Assembly: GCF_000281045.1 (NCBI RefSeq)
Contig: NW_008246099.1
Coordinates: forward strand, 498,514-562,513
Reading direction: 5' to 3'
From: Saprolegnia diclina VS20
Lineage: Eukaryota
Length of the DNA: 64,000 nucleotides
The position numbers were made by a program, and so were the translations under genes. Below, piece after piece: positions 60,822 to 64,000 of this stretch (its first letter is position 1; every line of letters starts with the position of its first letter). The notes beneath the pieces are model-generated. The model did no database searches, was not told the origin of the DNA, and saw only the letters and a program-made list of their open reading frames with translations.

Positions 60822-61832
60822 ATGGCCGAGATCATGACGCGCGTGGACAAGGTCCAGCTCGAGGGCCTTGCGCTGCTCCAGATCATCAAGCACTGCCACG
60901 AGAATCTTCCCCGCTCCGTCGCCGGCTCGCTCCTCGGCCTTGAAGCTGACGCCACGCTTGAGGTGACCAACAGCTTCCCGTCGCCGGTCGTGGCGGCCGC
61001 GCCCGGCGCGTCGCCGGCGTCGCCGACGAACAAGGACAAGTCTGTCATGTTCGCTTCCGAGTCGGATGAGTACCAGATCGACATGATGAAGAACCTCCGC
61101 GAGGTCAACATGGACAACAACAAGGTGGGCTGGTACCAGTCGGCGATGAACTCGACGTACGCGACGACGGCGACGATCGAGTACCAGTTCCAGTACCAGA
61201 AGAACCTCGGCCAGAACGCGATCTGCATCGTGTACGACCCGCTGGAGACGATGAAGGGTGCGCTCTCGCTCAAGGCTTTCCGCCTCACGGACGCGTTCCT
61301 CGAGACGTACAAGGCCAAGGCCTTCACGAAGGAAGGTTTTGCCAAGGCCGACATCCGCGCCGCGACGATGCTCGAGGAGATCCCGATCGAGCTCCACAAC
61401 TCGGACATTGTGACGTGCTACCTCCTCGAACTGCAGGCGCAGAAGCTCGCCGACTGCGAGTTTGACCGCCTCGACCTTGCGACCAACACGTACTTGGAGA
61501 ACAGCCTCCAGAACCTCAGCGCGTGGGCCGACGAGCTGGCGCAAGAACACTACAAATTCCAGGGCTACGAGCGCGCGGTCGCCAAGCAGCGGGCACAGTA
61601 CAGCCAGTGGGTTCAGAAGCGCCGCGAAGAAAACAAGGTGCGCCGCGAGAACGGCGACGAGCTCCTTGCCGAGGAGGACCCGTCGATCGCCAAGTCCCTC
61701 AACCAGCCGAGCCGCTTGGAGTCGCTCCTCATCACCAAGCAAATGAACACGTACTGCGACAACATCAACCGCTACGCTGGCAAGAGCTTCAATAAGTTAT
61801 TTCTCGCTGGCACGCTCCACAAGAACGAATAG
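60822..61832 (+). CDS. EIF3H: Translation initiation factor eIF3 subunit H (MPN domain)
   Basis: VQLEGLALLQIIKHC, GSLLGL, LEVTNSFP, YQIDMMKNLREVNMDNNKVGWYQS, LSLKAFRL, PSRLESLL. Confidence 0.95.
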   Translation: MAEIMTRVDKVQLEGLALLQIIKHCHENLPRSVAGSLLGLEADATLEVTNSFPSPVVAAAPGASPASPTNKDKSVMFASESDEYQIDMMKNLREVNMDNNKVGWYQSAMNSTYATTATIEYQFQYQKNLGQNAICIVYDPLETMKGALSLKAFRLTDAFLETYKAKAFTKEGFAKADIRAATMLEEIPIELHNSDIVTCYLLELQAQKLADCEFDRLDLATNTYLENSLQNLSAWADELAQEHYKFQGYERAVAKQRAQYSQWVQKRREENKVRRENGDELLAEEDPSIAKSLNQPSRLESLLITKQMNTYCDNINRYAGKSFNKLFLAGTLHKNE

Positions 61833-61864
61833 AAGCAGATGTAATACCCAGTTTTTAGTTGACA

Positions 61865-64000
61865 CTATACCATTGGTTGGACCGACTGCAGCGCGCTCGA
61901 CCAGCTCTGGCGCACGTCGATCGGCGAGTTCCGCAACAAGGTGCTGCGCCACAGAGCGCCCTCTTCGTAGCTCCCACGCAGCAGATCCTCGCGCACGATC
62001 ACGGAGGCGAGGACGTTCGTGGTCGCCGCCGCCATGTTGCGCTGGATGCACCCGTCTACATACACGCCCATGAGCCGGAGGCTAATCGTCCTTGCTGCGT
62101 ACAGAGCGCGCCGAGGACGGCAAACAAAGCCTCGCGGCGCGGCTCCTTGAGGTCGAGGAGGCGGCGTGTGTCCTGGATCGGCACGGGCATCACCGTCACG
62201 GACGCGTTGCGCAAGAGTCCTTCGTGGAAGCGCTCGAACCCGAGTACGCTCGTGTGGTTGCCATCCCAGAAGAGCGCGCGGAGCTTGGTGGTTTTGGGCA
62301 GCGCCGAGGCGAGGCACAAGGCGACTTCATCGCCGCCACGGTTGCCAGAGAGGTCGAGCACCTCGAGGCTCGACGCCGACGAGCCTATCGAGTGGACAAT
62401 CGGGCGCAGCACCGAGAGGGGGTAGCGCAGCGAGGGTATCGTGCTGCCTATGTAGAGCTCTTGCAGCGCACGCGACGAGGTGAGGAGCGTGGCAAAGGCG
62501 TCGCCAGGGCGCATCTCGAGCGGACCCGAGAAGAACGCGCCAAGCATCGAGGCGAGCGGCGTCCCGCCGTTGTTTTCGAGATGCAGCGCGCGGAGTTGAC
62601 GGCACGAGCTCAAGGCGGCAACGACCACGGCGAGCTACGCAATGGTCCTGTCAGTCATAACGAGTGCGGCGGCAACGACGCACGGCCTCGTCTCGGAGCC
62701 CACACTGGTTCAACCAGAGACTCTCGCGCAACACGAGCGGCGACGCCAAAAACAGGTCGGCGAGGACTTTGCCCTTGGTGCTCAAGTCGTTTTCACTCAT
62801 GTCGAGACTCAATGGCTGCGACGTGAACCTTGGGTTGGCGAACCACGGCGTCAAAATCGTCTCCAACCCACGCTTGGGCACGCTCAAGTTCCGGAGCACG
62901 AGACTCGCGAGGCTCTGCGTTGCGCCAAGGATCTAGCAAATGACCTGCGTCGACTGCGCATGACAAGACGCCACGCACCGCACCCAGGTCGGCAACAGCT
63001 TCGTCTTTGAGCGTCAAGTGCGAGAGGTCGAGCGACAGGAGCGACGACGTGTGCAGTACCGTGTTGAGATGGATCGATCTCAGGAGCTTTGCCGCATCGA
63101 TATTTGTGCCTGCCTGCACCAAACCATCTAAACCACAATGCTACGGCGATGATACTCACCACTGCCAGCCGCGTGAGGGAGGAGGCTCGCCCAAGCCACT
63201 CGGTGAGCGCTGTCGAGCTCTACGCCCAAGCAATACTAGCACCTCCATATACAACGAGGCTACCTGCAAGTCGAGCGGGTTGAACGAGAGATCGAGCACT
63301 CGCAGCGTCGCTGTCCACTACCCAGCCCATGAGAACATGAAGCGAAGATGGGTCGTCGGACGCTCGGAAGTTTGAGCGTCGTCACGAGCGGCAGCACGTG
63401 GGTCATGCCACATTTGGCCAAATACAAGTTCTGCGCTCTCTCAAGCCCGAGAAGAAACAGGTTGAGGACGTACGTGCAACCCGGACGGAAACTGCTTGAG
63501 GCACGAAGCCAGCGCGACGACCATTTCCCGCGCCAGCTTGTTCTCGGAAAGATCGATCGTCTCGAGTCGCCACGAGCTTGGGTCCTTGAGCTTGCACTGC
63601 ACCACCTCTTCAAGCGCGCTCAGTGCCGATCGCGAGAGGTGCACTTTAGTCAGTCGGAGCCTACGATATTTGCGACTGCACTCCGAGATGGTGGCATGGC
63701 GTGGAGCGTACTCGCGGAGGTTGGGGTTGTAGCCAATGGTTTCAAAGGCGCGTGACACGCCGTCATCGTCAAGGACCACGTCGTGCACAAGGAGGCTACC
63801 GAATCGTATGAGCCTCGAAGGACGCAGTGATTTACCCCTGGAACGAAGGAGCAAAACGACAGGTGCTCACAACAGCCATGGCATCAAGCGTTTTCTCGGC
63901 TGTCTCCATCTCACCACCGCCCGCCAAGAGGCACGCTTCGTAGTCAAGCACGGGTGGCGTCGCGACACTGCTCTCTTCCAGCTTGGCGGCGACCCAGTCG
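61865..64000 (-). CDS. 3' part of a CARMIL-like leucine-rich-repeat protein (5' end beyond the window), multi-exon
   Basis: LRRs LETIDLSEN, LRVLDLSFN, LSLDLSHL, LEVLDLSGNRGGDE; LRALFWDGNHTSVLGF...NASVTVMPVPIQD resembles the CARMIL LRR C-terminal cap. Confidence 0.7.

Overview
Gene-dense eukaryotic DNA with GC-rich exons and many very short (~35-60 nt) GT-AG introns. Oomycete-type TCAY(T/C) initiator motifs sit just upstream of several starts. An oomycete, probably Saprolegniales, is inferred but not proven. Most genes are split across several ORF-track entries and were rebuilt here by manual splicing. Left to right: SHAQKYF-class Myb, HemK/PrmC, full-size ABCB1 transporter, two small hypothetical genes, CWF19L2, an inverted pair of S10 serine carboxypeptidases, a PHGDH-like protein, a stand-alone NPC1 N-terminal-domain protein, a MULE-derived gene, a P450 array (one intact, one pseudogene, one relic), a PA-ankyrin-SAPS-PH fusion, a GRIP golgin, a P4-ATPase, an OSCA/TMEM63-like channel, a small basic protein, BOP1, POP4, MRT4, eIF3h and the 3' part of a CARMIL-like LRR gene. 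There are two N gaps. The most interesting signals are unusual protein architectures: (1) a probably mitochondrial PHGDH paralogue that has lost its catalytic motifs but keeps the ASB/ACT tail; (2) an ankyrin+SAPS fusion recalling two separate PP6 subunits, with PA and PH domains; (3) a Drs2-type flippase with an extra N-terminal ~4-TM module and no proline in the PISL motif; (4) an OSCA-like channel carrying a SUEL lectin domain; (5) an NPC1-type sterol-binding domain with an EGF insert; (6) a likely domesticated Mutator transposase. All family calls come from motif recognition by eye; no database searches were run.
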